Shown: positions 46,700-55,956, numbered from the stretch's first letter. The stretch: DNA of 64,000 bases from an uncultured Bacteroidia bacterium (GCA_902800045.1 CADCCZ010000001.1:537346-601345), one strand, 5' to 3'. The notes: generated by a model from the sequence alone, not told the origin. Numbers and translations are program-made.

Positions 46700-47374
46700 A
46701 TGAATATACTTATAATAATATTACTTGCAATCGCCGCATATTTGATTGGGTCGTTCAGTTCGGCCCTGTGGTATGGCAAATGGTTCTACGGAATCGATAT
46801 TCGTGAACACGGCAGCAAGAATGCCGGCTCGACAAATGTTCTCCGCGTGCTTGGCTGGAAATGTGCAATACCCGTTTTTATAACTGATGTCATAAAGAGT
46901 TTCGTGCCGACGATGTTCTTTGTGATGCTACTCAACCGCTTTGCTACAACTGACTGCGGTATTTTTGTCGAACAAGGTTCGGAGGCGTATTACCTCTATC
47001 AGCTTCTGTTCGGTATGATGGCGATATTGGGGCACATTTTCCCGATTTTCTCTGGATTCAAAGGAGGAAAGGGCGTCGCTTCTATGCTCGGACTTGTGCT
47101 TGCTCTCGACCCGTTGTCGGCAGCGATAGCATTGGGTGTGTTCATTATCGTTGTACTGATAACAAGGATAGTTTCTGTTTCGTCAATGTCGGCTGCAGTG
47201 GCTTTCCCGATTGTGGTTTATGTTCTTGGCATTTTCCGCGAGGCTGGTCACAGCATTACGATGACCGTATTTTCGATACTTGTGGCGATACTGCTGATAG
47301 TTACCCACCGCAAGAATATTAAAAGATTGTTAAACCACGAGGAGCCAAAGATAACGATTGCAAAAAAGGAATAA
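46700..47374 (+). CDS. plsY: glycerol-3-phosphate acyltransferase PlsY
   Basis: GSKNAGSTNVLR and FKGGKGVA motifs in a 5-TM protein of 224 aa. Confidence 0.9.
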   Translation: MNILIIILLAIAAYLIGSFSSALWYGKWFYGIDIREHGSKNAGSTNVLRVLGWKCAIPVFITDVIKSFVPTMFFVMLLNRFATTDCGIFVEQGSEAYYLYQLLFGMMAILGHIFPIFSGFKGGKGVASMLGLVLALDPLSAAIALGVFIIVVLITRIVSVSSMSAAVAFPIVVYVLGIFREAGHSITMTVFSILVAILLIVTHRKNIKRLLNHEEPKITIAKKE

Positions 47375-47397
47375 TTTTGCAAAAAAAATTGTTATCG

Positions 47398-49434
47398 ATG
47401 AAATCAATACTAAAACTTATGGCGTGTGGACTCGCTTTCGGTCTTACCGCCTGCAACTCTAATCAGAATCAAAGTATGGAAGATAAGGCTTTGAGTATGG
47501 CCGATCTTGATACTACCGTATCGGCTTCGGCAGATTTTTATGCTTACGCAACTGGTGGTTGGCAGAAGAACAATCCATTGCCAAACGACAAGTCTCGTTA
47601 CGGCTCGTTCGATATTCTTGGCGAAGAAACCGACAAGAAGGTTAAGGAACTGATTCAGGATTTGGCAAACCAGAAGAATGAAGAAAATTCGGTTGAGTGG
47701 AAAATTGCAACTCTGTACAACCTTGGTATGGACGAGGCTAAGCTCAATGCCGACGGCATTTCTCCTATTAAGCCGATGCTCGACGAGATTGATGCAATGA
47801 CCGACAAGGCTCAGATTGTTGATATGGTTGCCAAGATGCACCACAAGGGCGTTTCTGCTTTCTTCGGTCTGTTCGGAACCAGCGATCCTGCCAACAGCGA
47901 CCTCAATATTCCTTGGTACTATCAGAGCGGACTTGGTCTTGCAAACAAGGAATACTACACCGACAAGGGTGAAAGGGAAGATTTGATCCGTCAGCAATAT
48001 GTTGAGCATGTAGGAAAGATGTTCGCACTGATTGGCTATTCAGAAGAAGATGCCAAGGCAGCAGCAAAGATTGTATTCGAAATCGAAAACCAGCTTGCAA
48101 ATGTTTCGATGGGAAGCGTCGAGGAGCGTGATCCGTTTAAGACTACAAACAAGATGAATGTAGAAGAAATGGCAGCCAAGTCGCCCAACTTCGACATTGC
48201 AAAATATTTCGAACTCCAGGGTATTACTGTAAAGGAAAACTTCAATGTTTGCCAGCCTTTGTTCTTGGCAGGTGTTTCCGATATAATTGGAAAACAGTCT
48301 CTCGACAACCTCAAGCAGTATTTGAAGTGGAATGTTGTTAATTCGTCGGCTTCTTATCTGAGCGAAGACCTTAACAAGCAGAACTTCGAATTCTACGGCA
48401 AGACTTTGTCGGGCGTTCCTGTTCAGATGGACAGATGGAAACGCGTTGTAAGGGTTGTAAACGGCAATCTTGGCGAATGTGTTGGTGAAATCTTTGTACA
48501 GAAGTATTTCCCGCCTGAGGCAAAGGAACGTATGGTAACTTTGGTTGAAAATTTACGTTCGGCTTTCGGTGAAAGAATTAAGAACCTCGACTGGATGAGC
48601 GAAGAAACCAAGGCTAAGGCATTGGAGAAACTTGCTGCAATTACAGTAAAAATCGGTTATCCTGACAAGTGGAAAGATTATTCGAAACTTCAGTTGAAGG
48701 AAGATTCGTTTTATGCTAATGTTGTAAGATGCAACGAGTTTGAATTCGACGACATGGTTAGCAAGATTGGCAAGCCGGTTGATAAGGAAGAGTGGGGTAT
48801 GACTCCGCAGACTGTAAATGCATATTACAATCCAAGCACTAACGAAATCTGCTTCCCGGCTGGTATTCTTCAGCCACCATTCTTCTATATGGATGCCGAC
48901 GATGCTGTAAACTATGGCGCAATTGGTGTTGTTATCGGACACGAGATGACTCACGGATTCGACGACCAAGGTCGTAACTATGACAAGGATGGAAATCTTG
49001 CCTGCTGGTGGACTGATGAAGATGCCGCTAAGTTTACCGAAAGAGCAAAAGTGCTGATCGACAGATATAACTCAATAGTTGTTATCGACACCTTGCACGC
49101 AAACGGCGAATATTCGCTTGGCGAAAACATTGCCGACTACGGAGGATTGAAGATTTCGTTCGATGCATTCAAGAAGGCTTCGGAAGGCAAGGAACAGCCG
49201 ACAATCAACGGTTTTACTCCAGAACAGCGTTTCTACCTCTCGTATGCAAAGGTTTGGGCTAACAACATCCGCGACGAGGAAATTATCCGCCGTACAAAGG
49301 AAGATGTTCATTCGCTCGGCAAGTGGAGAGTAAATGGACAGCTCATCGGTATCGACGATTTCCATAAGGCATTTGGAATCAAGGAAGGCGATGCAATGTA
49401 TATTCCTGAATCTGAATGGGCAAAAATTTGGTAG
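47398..49434 (+). CDS. pepO: M13 family metallopeptidase (PepO/neprilysin-like) lipoprotein
   Basis: The lipobox is MKSILKLMACGLAFGLTAC. It has the zinc motif VIGHEMTHGFD, the downstream GENIADYGG (ExxxD), and a C-terminal W. Confidence 0.9.
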   Translation: MKSILKLMACGLAFGLTACNSNQNQSMEDKALSMADLDTTVSASADFYAYATGGWQKNNPLPNDKSRYGSFDILGEETDKKVKELIQDLANQKNEENSVEWKIATLYNLGMDEAKLNADGISPIKPMLDEIDAMTDKAQIVDMVAKMHHKGVSAFFGLFGTSDPANSDLNIPWYYQSGLGLANKEYYTDKGEREDLIRQQYVEHVGKMFALIGYSEEDAKAAAKIVFEIENQLANVSMGSVEERDPFKTTNKMNVEEMAAKSPNFDIAKYFELQGITVKENFNVCQPLFLAGVSDIIGKQSLDNLKQYLKWNVVNSSASYLSEDLNKQNFEFYGKTLSGVPVQMDRWKRVVRVVNGNLGECVGEIFVQKYFPPEAKERMVTLVENLRSAFGERIKNLDWMSEETKAKALEKLAAITVKIGYPDKWKDYSKLQLKEDSFYANVVRCNEFEFDDMVSKIGKPVDKEEWGMTPQTVNAYYNPSTNEICFPAGILQPPFFYMDADDAVNYGAIGVVIGHEMTHGFDDQGRNYDKDGNLACWWTDEDAAKFTERAKVLIDRYNSIVVIDTLHANGEYSLGENIADYGGLKISFDAFKKASEGKEQPTINGFTPEQRFYLSYAKVWANNIRDEEIIRRTKEDVHSLGKWRVNGQLIGIDDFHKAFGIKEGDAMYIPESEWAKIW

Positions 49435-49453
49435 ATTTGATACTATGATATAC

Positions 49454-49485
49454 AAAAAAAAGCGGACGATTGTCCGCTTTTTTTA
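49454..49485. terminator. bidirectional rho-independent terminator
   Basis: The sequence A8-AGCGGAC-gatt-GTCCGCT-T8 lies between convergent pepO and rubrerythrin. Confidence 0.8.
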
Positions 49486-49501
49486 TTGCCTGTAGGCTTG
49501 A

Positions 49502-50092
49502 TTATTTCTTCTTGAAGTATCTGTTGTAGAGACCTTCGAAAGCCTTACCGTGACGAGCTTCGTCGCGAGCCATTTCGTGAACTGTGTCGTGGATTGCATC
49601 GAGGTTGTTCTTCTTTGCGCACTTTGCCAATTCGAACTTACCAGCGGTTGCACCAAATTCGCAGTCGATTCTCCACTTCAGGTTCTTTTCTGTCGAAGCG
49701 GTCATGTTGGGGTCGCATTCCGAACCGAGGAGTTCTGCAAACTTAGCTGCATGTTCTGCCTCTTCGAAAGCAGCCTTTTCCCAGTAGAGACCGATTTCAG
49801 GATAACCTTCGCGGTGTGCGATTCTTGCCATGCAGAGGTACATACCTACTTCGGAGCATTCGCCTGTGAAGTTAGCCTTCAACTGTTCGATAATATATTG
49901 CTTGTCTTCTGGTGAGCAAGCGTCCAAGTTCATACCAACGCCAAATACGTGTTCTGCTGCAAGAGGAGCGTCTTCCTGCATTTCCTTGAATTTGCTTCCT
50001 GGAACCTTGCAAACTGGGCATTTGAAATCTTCAGGCATGCTTTCGCCTTCGTAAACGTAACCACAAACCGGGCATACAAATTTTTTCTTCAT
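49502..50092 (-). CDS. reverse rubrerythrin (N-terminal rubredoxin-like domain + ferritin-like diiron domain)
   Basis: The N-terminal [10 protein letters not shown]...FKCPVCKVP rubredoxin knuckles are followed by four-helix-bundle E...ExxH motifs ([21 protein letters not shown]). Confidence 0.85.
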   Translation of the reverse strand: MKKKFVCPVCGYVYEGESMPEDFKCPVCKVPGSKFKEMQEDAPLAAEHVFGVGMNLDACSPEDKQYIIEQLKANFTGECSEVGMYLCMARIAHREGYPEIGLYWEKAAFEEAEHAAKFAELLGSECDPNMTASTEKNLKWRIDCEFGATAGKFELAKCAKKNNLDAIHDTVHEMARDEARHGKAFEGLYNRYFKKK

Positions 50093-50124
50093 CGTCTATT
50101 TGTTTTTTATTAGTTAAACATTTT

Positions 50125-50517
50125 TTAATTGCAATGGTGGTCGCAGCTGTGTTCACAACCGTCGTGGTGGTGGCTGCAACATTCACCTTGCGCGTAAATT
50201 TTACCATTGAGGAAGTTGAGCACGACTTCGCTTGTCGGACCGCAGCATCCGTTGAAAACGCCGATTCCGCTCGATTCGAGCATTGCTACAGCGCCTCCGC
50301 CGATTCCGCCAGCAAGCATCACATCTATTTCCTTCTCGAGGAAAGTGTGGATAATGTTGGACTTGCATCCGCAGCCTTCGGGCGAATCGAGTTTTTCCTT
50401 GCTGATTATGGTCTTTGTTTCGTCGTCAACCTTGAATATTGTGAAATATTCGCAGTGTCCGAAGTGTTCGTCAACCATGTCGCCTTCCCTTGTGGGTATT
50501 GCTATGTTGAAAATCAT
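50125..50517 (-). CDS. NifB/NifX-type (dinitrogenase Fe-Mo cofactor biosynthesis family) protein with Cys/His-rich tail
   Basis: MIFNIAIPTREGDMVDEHFGHCEYFTIF...VMLAGGIGGGA is the NifX/NifB-C pattern. The C-terminal tail is GECCSHHHDGCEHSCDHHCN. The start is taken at the ATG at 50517. Confidence 0.7.
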   Translation of the reverse strand: MIFNIAIPTREGDMVDEHFGHCEYFTIFKVDDETKTIISKEKLDSPEGCGCKSNIIHTFLEKEIDVMLAGGIGGGAVAMLESSGIGVFNGCCGPTSEVVLNFLNGKIYAQGECCSHHHDGCEHSCDHHCN

Positions 50518-50528
50518 TTCCTGCTGTT

Positions 50529-51041
50529 TTAGTCGAGAACTAATGATGGAGTGTTGTAGGTTCTGCCAGCGAGTTCCTGGTCGAGCATATACAATGCGCG
50601 AGCGTCGCCACCAAAGAGTTCCATCTTGCTGATGAGGTCGTTGGCGTTCTTTTCTTCTTCGCCCTGTTCCTTGATGAACCACTGGAGAAGTTCCATTGTT
50701 CTGTAGTCCTTAGCCTTAGCAGCTTCAGCATAGATGTTGTCGATGAGCGAGGTAACATACTTTTCATGTTCCAAAGCAGCCTTCAGCGGGTCCATGAAAG
50801 TCTTGTACTTCTTGTCTGGCTGGTCGATTGCAAGCAATGTAACCTTTTCGCCATTGTTCTGGAGGTACTGGTAGAACAGCATTGCGTGGTCGCGTTCTTC
50901 TTGAGCCTGAACCTTGTACCAGTTTGCGAAACCAGCAAGTCCCTTCGATTCGAAGAAGTTCGACATGTCAAGGTAAAGATAGCCAGAGTACAATTCCTTG
51001 TTTATCTGTGTGTTGATTAATTCTGAAACTTTTTTGTTCAT
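50529..51041 (-). CDS. ftnA: non-heme ferritin
   Basis: LINTQINKELYSGYLYLDMS...QEERDHAMLFYQYL carries the ferritin ferroxidase-centre residues, at 170 aa. Confidence 0.9.
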   Translation of the reverse strand: MNKKVSELINTQINKELYSGYLYLDMSNFFESKGLAGFANWYKVQAQEERDHAMLFYQYLQNNGEKVTLLAIDQPDKKYKTFMDPLKAALEHEKYVTSLIDNIYAEAAKAKDYRTMELLQWFIKEQGEEEKNANDLISKMELFGGDARALYMLDQELAGRTYNTPSLVLD

Positions 51042-51085
51042 GATATTTTCCTTTCTCTTTTAATTGTTTGACAAATTACTCTTAT

Positions 51086-51697
51086 TTATTCAATAGTTAT
51101 CTTTTCAAAGTCGGAAGCGCCATGCTTGCACCATGGGCAGATGAAATCGGCAGGAAGTTCTTCGCCTTCATATACATATCCGCAAACCTTGCATCTCCAG
51201 CCTACCTTTACCGATGGTTCTGGCTTCGGCTTGATGTTTTTTTGGTAGTACGAGTAGGTGACCGATTCTACATCCGACAAAACCTGCTTTTCGGTAATTT
51301 CTGCAATGAAAATGCTGTGTGTGCCACAGTCAACTACATTTTTTACTGCGCCAGAAATGAAGGCGTTGGTGTATTTGGGGATGTAGTACAATCCGTTTTC
51401 GCTGCGTTTTACTGCATCGCATTTCTCGAACTTGTTCACATCGCGACCACTCTGGAATCCGAAGTGGCTTATTACATTCATCGGAACTTCCTTTGTCAGG
51501 ATTGAAACATTCAACAAGTTGGTTCTCAGAATCATGTCGTGGGTGAAGTTCTTCTTGTTCATGCTTACTGCTATGGTCTGTGGGCTTGCGCTTGAAACCT
51601 GTATTACCGAGTTGCTTATGCATCCGTTGTCCTTTTCGCCTTCGCGGGCGGTGATTACGAACAGACCGTATTCAATGTTGTATAATGCGTCGCTCAT
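51086..51697 (-). CDS. flavin reductase domain fused to C-terminal rubredoxin (high-molecular-weight rubredoxin)
   Basis: The flavin_reduct-like N-terminus (YGLFVITAREGEKDNGCISNSV) is fused to a C-terminal [34 protein letters not shown]. Confidence 0.8.
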   Translation of the reverse strand: MSDALYNIEYGLFVITAREGEKDNGCISNSVIQVSSASPQTIAVSMNKKNFTHDMILRTNLLNVSILTKEVPMNVISHFGFQSGRDVNKFEKCDAVKRSENGLYYIPKYTNAFISGAVKNVVDCGTHSIFIAEITEKQVLSDVESVTYSYYQKNIKPKPEPSVKVGWRCKVCGYVYEGEELPADFICPWCKHGASDFEKITIE

Positions 51698-51879
51698 TTT
51701 TCTGTCAGTATTTGTTTTTCAATAGTTCTGTTTTCTGTCTATCAGTGCATTAAAGTCTTTACAAGTGTCAACCGACCATCACTCATGGTTGGCTTGACAA
51801 GAATGCGAATATAAATAAAATTTATTAATAGGCAATAAAAATTTTTATGGAAATTTTTGAAGTGTTGGATTTCTTTTTG

Positions 51880-51979
51880 AGACGCAAAATTTTGCGTCTG
51901 TACAATTGTTGCGTCGTGGCGTGTCGCACCGCGTCCGTAAATTGTTATATCAATTGTAGAGACATTGCGTGCAATGTCT
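51880..51979. repeat. composite palindromic element: AGACGCAAAATTTTGCGTCT (copy 2) + AGACATTGC-gt-GCAATGTCT
   Basis: The first palindrome is at 51880-51899 and the second at 51960-51979. The same two modules in the same order recur at 60640-60707. Confidence 0.9.
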
Positions 51980-51987
51980 AATCTAAA

Positions 51988-52122
51988 TTTAGTGTTTGTA
52001 AACATTAAAATATGTCGTATTTTAGTGTATGGAAACATTTTTTTTGTTTATTATGATTGTATCATTTGAATTTTAGTGTTTGTGAACATTAAAAAGTAAT
52101 AAATTTTAGTGTTTGGAAACAC
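51988..52122. repeat. four copies of 18-bp palindrome-containing motif TTTAGTGTWTGKRAACAY
   Basis: Copies start at 51988, 52021, 52072 and 52105, with spacing 33/51/33. The best copy is AGTGTTT-gg-AAACACT. The array ends about 30 bp before the -7 box of the ATPase gene. Confidence 0.85.
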
Positions 52123-52151
52123 TTTTTTGTTGCGGATTAAAAATAAAGTAT

Positions 52152-52159
52152 TACCTTTG
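52152..52159 (+). promoter_or_regulatory. -7 promoter box (TACCTTTG) of the second ATPase gene
   Basis: TACCTTTG overlaps the ORF-track GTG start at 52159, which argues for the ATG at 52183 as the real start. Confidence 0.55.
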
Positions 52160-52182
52160 TGGCATATAAAAATATTTTGGCT

Positions 52183-53391
52183 ATGGAATCGAATGATGTT
52201 CAAATGTTAATGCAGATTTATCACAATAGGCTCGCATTTGTTGAGGGGTCGTTTCATCGGTATTTGTTCAATGAAATCGACTGGAGAGACCGACTGATTG
52301 GGATAAAAGGCCAGCGGGGCGTTGGAAAGACCACCCTGATGCTTCAGCACATAAAGGAGTCGTTTGAGAATCCCGACGGTGCCTTTTATGTTTCGCTTGA
52401 CGACTTCTGGTTTGCTTCGCACAGGCTGGAGGAACTTGTCTCGTACTTGTATGCGCAAGGTGTCAGGTATTTGTTTGTTGACGAGGTGCATCATTACGAT
52501 TCGTGGCAGACGATACTTAAAAATCTCTACGATGGATATCCCGACCTGCATATTGCATACACAGGTTCGTCGATGCTGTTGCTTGAAACTGCGCAGGGCG
52601 ATTTGTCGCGGCGGCTTATTGATTACACCTTGCCGGGATTGTCTTTTCGGGAATTCCTTAGTTACGAGGGCGTTGCTGATATTCCTGCGGTCTCGTGGGA
52701 CGACCTGCTGACAAGGCACGTGCAGATAGCGATGTCGGTAAAGGAGAAGATTCCGAGCATAATGCCGCTTTTCGATGCGTATCTGAGGCACGGCTATTAT
52801 CCGTTCTACAAGGAGGTGTCGCGCGGTTTCGAATTGCGGTTGCAGCATGTTGCCAGCAGGGTGCTAGAAATGGATTATCCCAAGATTGACGATGTAAGCG
52901 TATCGACAATAAACAAGACGCGGAAAATGCTGATGGTGCTTGCCGAACATGTTCCGCAGGTGCCGACAATGAGCAAGTTGTACGGGCAGTTGGAAACCGA
53001 TAGGAATCAGGGACTGAAGATGCTTTATGCATTGCAACGGGCTGGACTTATTGCATTGCTTACCGACAACACCAAGAGCCTGAAGACATTGGCGCGGCCA
53101 GAAAAGATTCTCATTGACAATACCAACTTGATGTATGCGCTTGGTGCCAAGACGGAAATCGGCACCATAAGGGAGACTTTTTTCTTCAATCAGGTTCGGC
53201 AGGTGCTTCCTGTTGCATATCCGGCAAAGGGCGATTTCCTTGTCGATGGCAGGTATTTGTTTGAAGTTGGCGGTATGGGTAAGACTTTCGAGCAGATAAA
53301 GGACGAGCCCGACAGTTTCCTTGCCGTTGACGACACCGAGATTGGACACGGGAACAGGATTCCGCTGTGGATGTTCGGACTGCTATATTAA
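52183..53391 (+). CDS. AAA+ ATPase (AAA_14/COG1373-like) with DUF4143-type C-terminal domain, degenerate nuclease motif
   Basis: It has Walker A GQRGVGKTT and Walker B YLFVDEVHH. The C-terminal GDFLVDGRYLFEVGGMGK aligns with the paralog's D...ExK motif, but with G in place of K. Confidence 0.8.
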   Translation: MESNDVQMLMQIYHNRLAFVEGSFHRYLFNEIDWRDRLIGIKGQRGVGKTTLMLQHIKESFENPDGAFYVSLDDFWFASHRLEELVSYLYAQGVRYLFVDEVHHYDSWQTILKNLYDGYPDLHIAYTGSSMLLLETAQGDLSRRLIDYTLPGLSFREFLSYEGVADIPAVSWDDLLTRHVQIAMSVKEKIPSIMPLFDAYLRHGYYPFYKEVSRGFELRLQHVASRVLEMDYPKIDDVSVSTINKTRKMLMVLAEHVPQVPTMSKLYGQLETDRNQGLKMLYALQRAGLIALLTDNTKSLKTLARPEKILIDNTNLMYALGAKTEIGTIRETFFFNQVRQVLPVAYPAKGDFLVDGRYLFEVGGMGKTFEQIKDEPDSFLAVDDTEIGHGNRIPLWMFGLLY

Positions 53392-53526
53392 TATATTGGT
53401 ATTGCACGACAGGAATTGCCCGTGAGCGTTTTGCCGAGCAAAAATTGGTTGAAATGAAATAATAAATTCCAACATTTTTCTTCTCCCAATCCGGATTTAA
53501 CCGTATCGAGTGTTGAATTACTTTTT

Positions 53527-55956
53527 TTACGCCAAGTACCTATATAGTTCGTGCTGGAAATCCAAATACTGCTGCCTGATTTGTGCGGCATTCATATTTA
53601 GTTCCAGTGTTGCGTTGTATGCTGTGCCGTATTGCATGTTAAGCAATGTCGGTAAGTTGTCCATGGTAAATTGATGCTCTCCGTTTAGGATATACTGATT
53701 CATAAGGAAATCAAGGAATTTCTTGGTGACCTCGTTCTGCTTCTTGTAGTAGTCGGCCTTTACCAGTTCGATGCGCTTTTGCCTTTCAAGTGGGGTTGTT
53801 TCGTATGCGAGAAATTCCAGTACATCAAGCAAGTCGCAATCTTCCCTGTCAATTACCCGTTGCATCATTCTTAGTTTTTCTTCGGCAAAACCTTCTCTGT
53901 CCAGATGGTCGAGAAGAGCAGCGCGAGTGTCGGGGTGTTCCCATTGCTTACGCAAGTCCTCTGCGCTTTTGAAGAACTCTGGCAAACGACCAAAGAGGAT
54001 TTCTATAAACTGCTCAATCGAAATCAAGTCTTCTCCATACTGGAACTTTTCTGTCCAATTAGTTTTCAATGTCAATTCGCGTCGTTTCGATAGTTTTACC
54101 TTGATGGTCTTTTTTTGTCGTCCGCCATCGCATGTGCAGGGCAGATGTCCACATACGGGGCAAGGTTCGGGGAATGGTGGATCTGAAATTATATGTCCTT
54201 CTGGTGATTCTTCCCCAGTGCCGTATTTCTTTGGGCACGAGCATGGATAATTGCCGCAAATAGGGCAGAACGGGTCGCCATCCCATTCAGCATCTTGGAA
54301 GTTCTTGTTTGCTCCTACAAAATCGTATATTGTGAAATAATACTTTCCATCGAAAATGCGCGTTCCTCGTCCGATAATCTGCTTGAACTCAATCATATTG
54401 TTTATGGGACGCATAAGCACTATGTTGCGAACATTGCGGGCATCGACGCCTGTGGATAGTTTGCGCGATGTGGTCAAGATTGTTGGAAGTAGCTTTTCGT
54501 TGTCCTGAAATTTTTTCAAGCATTCTTCACCGTCCTTTCCATCGTCGGCAGTAACTCTTTCGCAATAATTTCTTGCCGGGCTTTTCTTGTATTGGTTGAC
54601 AAGGTCGCGAACAATTTCGGCATGCCGTTGAGTTGCACAGAAGATTATTGTTTTCTCGTCGGGTTCGATTTGGGCAAGCAGTTCTTTTACACGATATTCG
54701 TCGCGCTGACGCATTTCGATGTTTCCATTGTAGAAATCCTTTTCGGTATATGTCTTTTCGGTATCGATTTCGCCTTCTACATCATCGTCCGGGTCGTAAA
54801 CATATTCGTCGATGTTGCTTTCGGAAATGCGAACGCGGAACGGTGTGAGATAACCGTCGGCAATGCCCTGCTTTAGCGAGTACGAATATACGGGGTCGCC
54901 AAAGTATGCGTATGTGTTGGCGTTGTCCTTGCGGCGCGGTGTTGCTGTCATGCCGAGTTGATATGCCGACGAAAAATATTCCATAAGTTTGCGCCATTCG
55001 CTTTCGTCGTTGGCACCGCCACGGTGGCACTCGTCTATAATGATGAAATCGAAGAAGTCGCTGGGGTATTGCTTGTAGAATGGCTGCCCGTTATCATCGT
55101 CGCACATGAAGGTCTGGAAGATGGTGAAATAAATATGCCGGGCAGTCGGAACGGTTTTCCCAATTGCATTTTCCTTGTCCTTTTTAGGTCGTAAATCTTC
55201 TGGCGTTATGCGTGCCATCGAATCTTCGTCAAACTGACCGAAGTCGTTTTTTGCCTGGTTTGCAAGTATATTGCGGTCGGCAATGAATAGAATGCGCGGC
55301 TTCTGGTTGGTTTTCTTGGCGTTCCAGTTGGTTTGGAACAGTTTCCAGCAAATCTGGAAGGCTATGTATGTTTTTCCTGTTCCTGTAGCCATGGTAAGCA
55401 GTATGCGTTTCTGTTCGTTGGCAACGGCATTGAGAACATTATTAATGGCATTTACCTGATAGTAGCGCGGTTCGCGTTCTCCATCGCGGTTGAAGGGCTG
55501 CAGGTTGAATTTGTCGCGCCATGGGTTTGCATCGGGGAAAGTCATATCCCACAATTCCTGCGGCGATGGGAACTTATCTACGAAATGTTCTACGGACGGT
55601 TTTATGTAGTTGCCCTGCCTGTCCTGTACGCCCATATCTATGAAATAGATTTGGTCGCCGTTGGTGGAGTAGGTGTAGCGTATCTGTAGCATTTCAGCAT
55701 ATTCCTTGGCCTGCCTTACGCCTGCCGACACATCGTTTACATCTGATTTTGCCTCAATTACAGCCAGTTTTATCCCGTGGTATTCGAGAATATAATCGAC
55801 TTTCTTTGGGTGGCGGGCCTTGAGCCTCTCGACTCGTCCGGGTGCAATAAGGTATGCACGCTGTTCGTTTAGAATTTCGCTTTCGGGAACTTGTTCCCAT
55901 CCTGCTGCGTACAGTTTCGGGTCGATTTTTTTTCGGCGTGTTGTGCTTTCGTCCAT
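53527..55956 (-). CDS. hsdR: type I restriction enzyme R subunit (HsdR, EcoEI-like) with Cys-rich insertion
   Basis: The N-terminal nuclease has VDYIL...AVIEAKS. Helicase motifs are TMATGTGKT, IIIDECHRG and MTATP. The C-terminal EcoEI_R_C-like region is preceded by CPICGNYPCSC...CPVCGHLPCTC. Confidence 0.88.
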   Translation of the reverse strand: MDESTTRRKKIDPKLYAAGWEQVPESEILNEQRAYLIAPGRVERLKARHPKKVDYILEYHGIKLAVIEAKSDVNDVSAGVRQAKEYAEMLQIRYTYSTNGDQIYFIDMGVQDRQGNYIKPSVEHFVDKFPSPQELWDMTFPDANPWRDKFNLQPFNRDGEREPRYYQVNAINNVLNAVANEQKRILLTMATGTGKTYIAFQICWKLFQTNWNAKKTNQKPRILFIADRNILANQAKNDFGQFDEDSMARITPEDLRPKKDKENAIGKTVPTARHIYFTIFQTFMCDDDNGQPFYKQYPSDFFDFIIIDECHRGGANDESEWRKLMEYFSSAYQLGMTATPRRKDNANTYAYFGDPVYSYSLKQGIADGYLTPFRVRISESNIDEYVYDPDDDVEGEIDTEKTYTEKDFYNGNIEMRQRDEYRVKELLAQIEPDEKTIIFCATQRHAEIVRDLVNQYKKSPARNYCERVTADDGKDGEECLKKFQDNEKLLPTILTTSRKLSTGVDARNVRNIVLMRPINNMIEFKQIIGRGTRIFDGKYYFTIYDFVGANKNFQDAEWDGDPFCPICGNYPCSCPKKYGTGEESPEGHIISDPPFPEPCPVCGHLPCTCDGGRQKKTIKVKLSKRRELTLKTNWTEKFQYGEDLISIEQFIEILFGRLPEFFKSAEDLRKQWEHPDTRAALLDHLDREGFAEEKLRMMQRVIDREDCDLLDVLEFLAYETTPLERQKRIELVKADYYKKQNEVTKKFLDFLMNQYILNGEHQFTMDNLPTLLNMQYGTAYNATLELNMNAAQIRQQYLDFQHELYRYLA

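Noticed and set aside
53488-53497. Single palindrome AATCCGGATT downstream of the second ATPase, superficially like the AAATC-N3-GATTT sites of the first paralog
   Set aside because: It occurs once, has a different spacer length (2 versus 3 nt) and lacks the A-rich flanks. A 10-bp palindrome can occur by chance in 64 kb, so I do not count it as part of either array.
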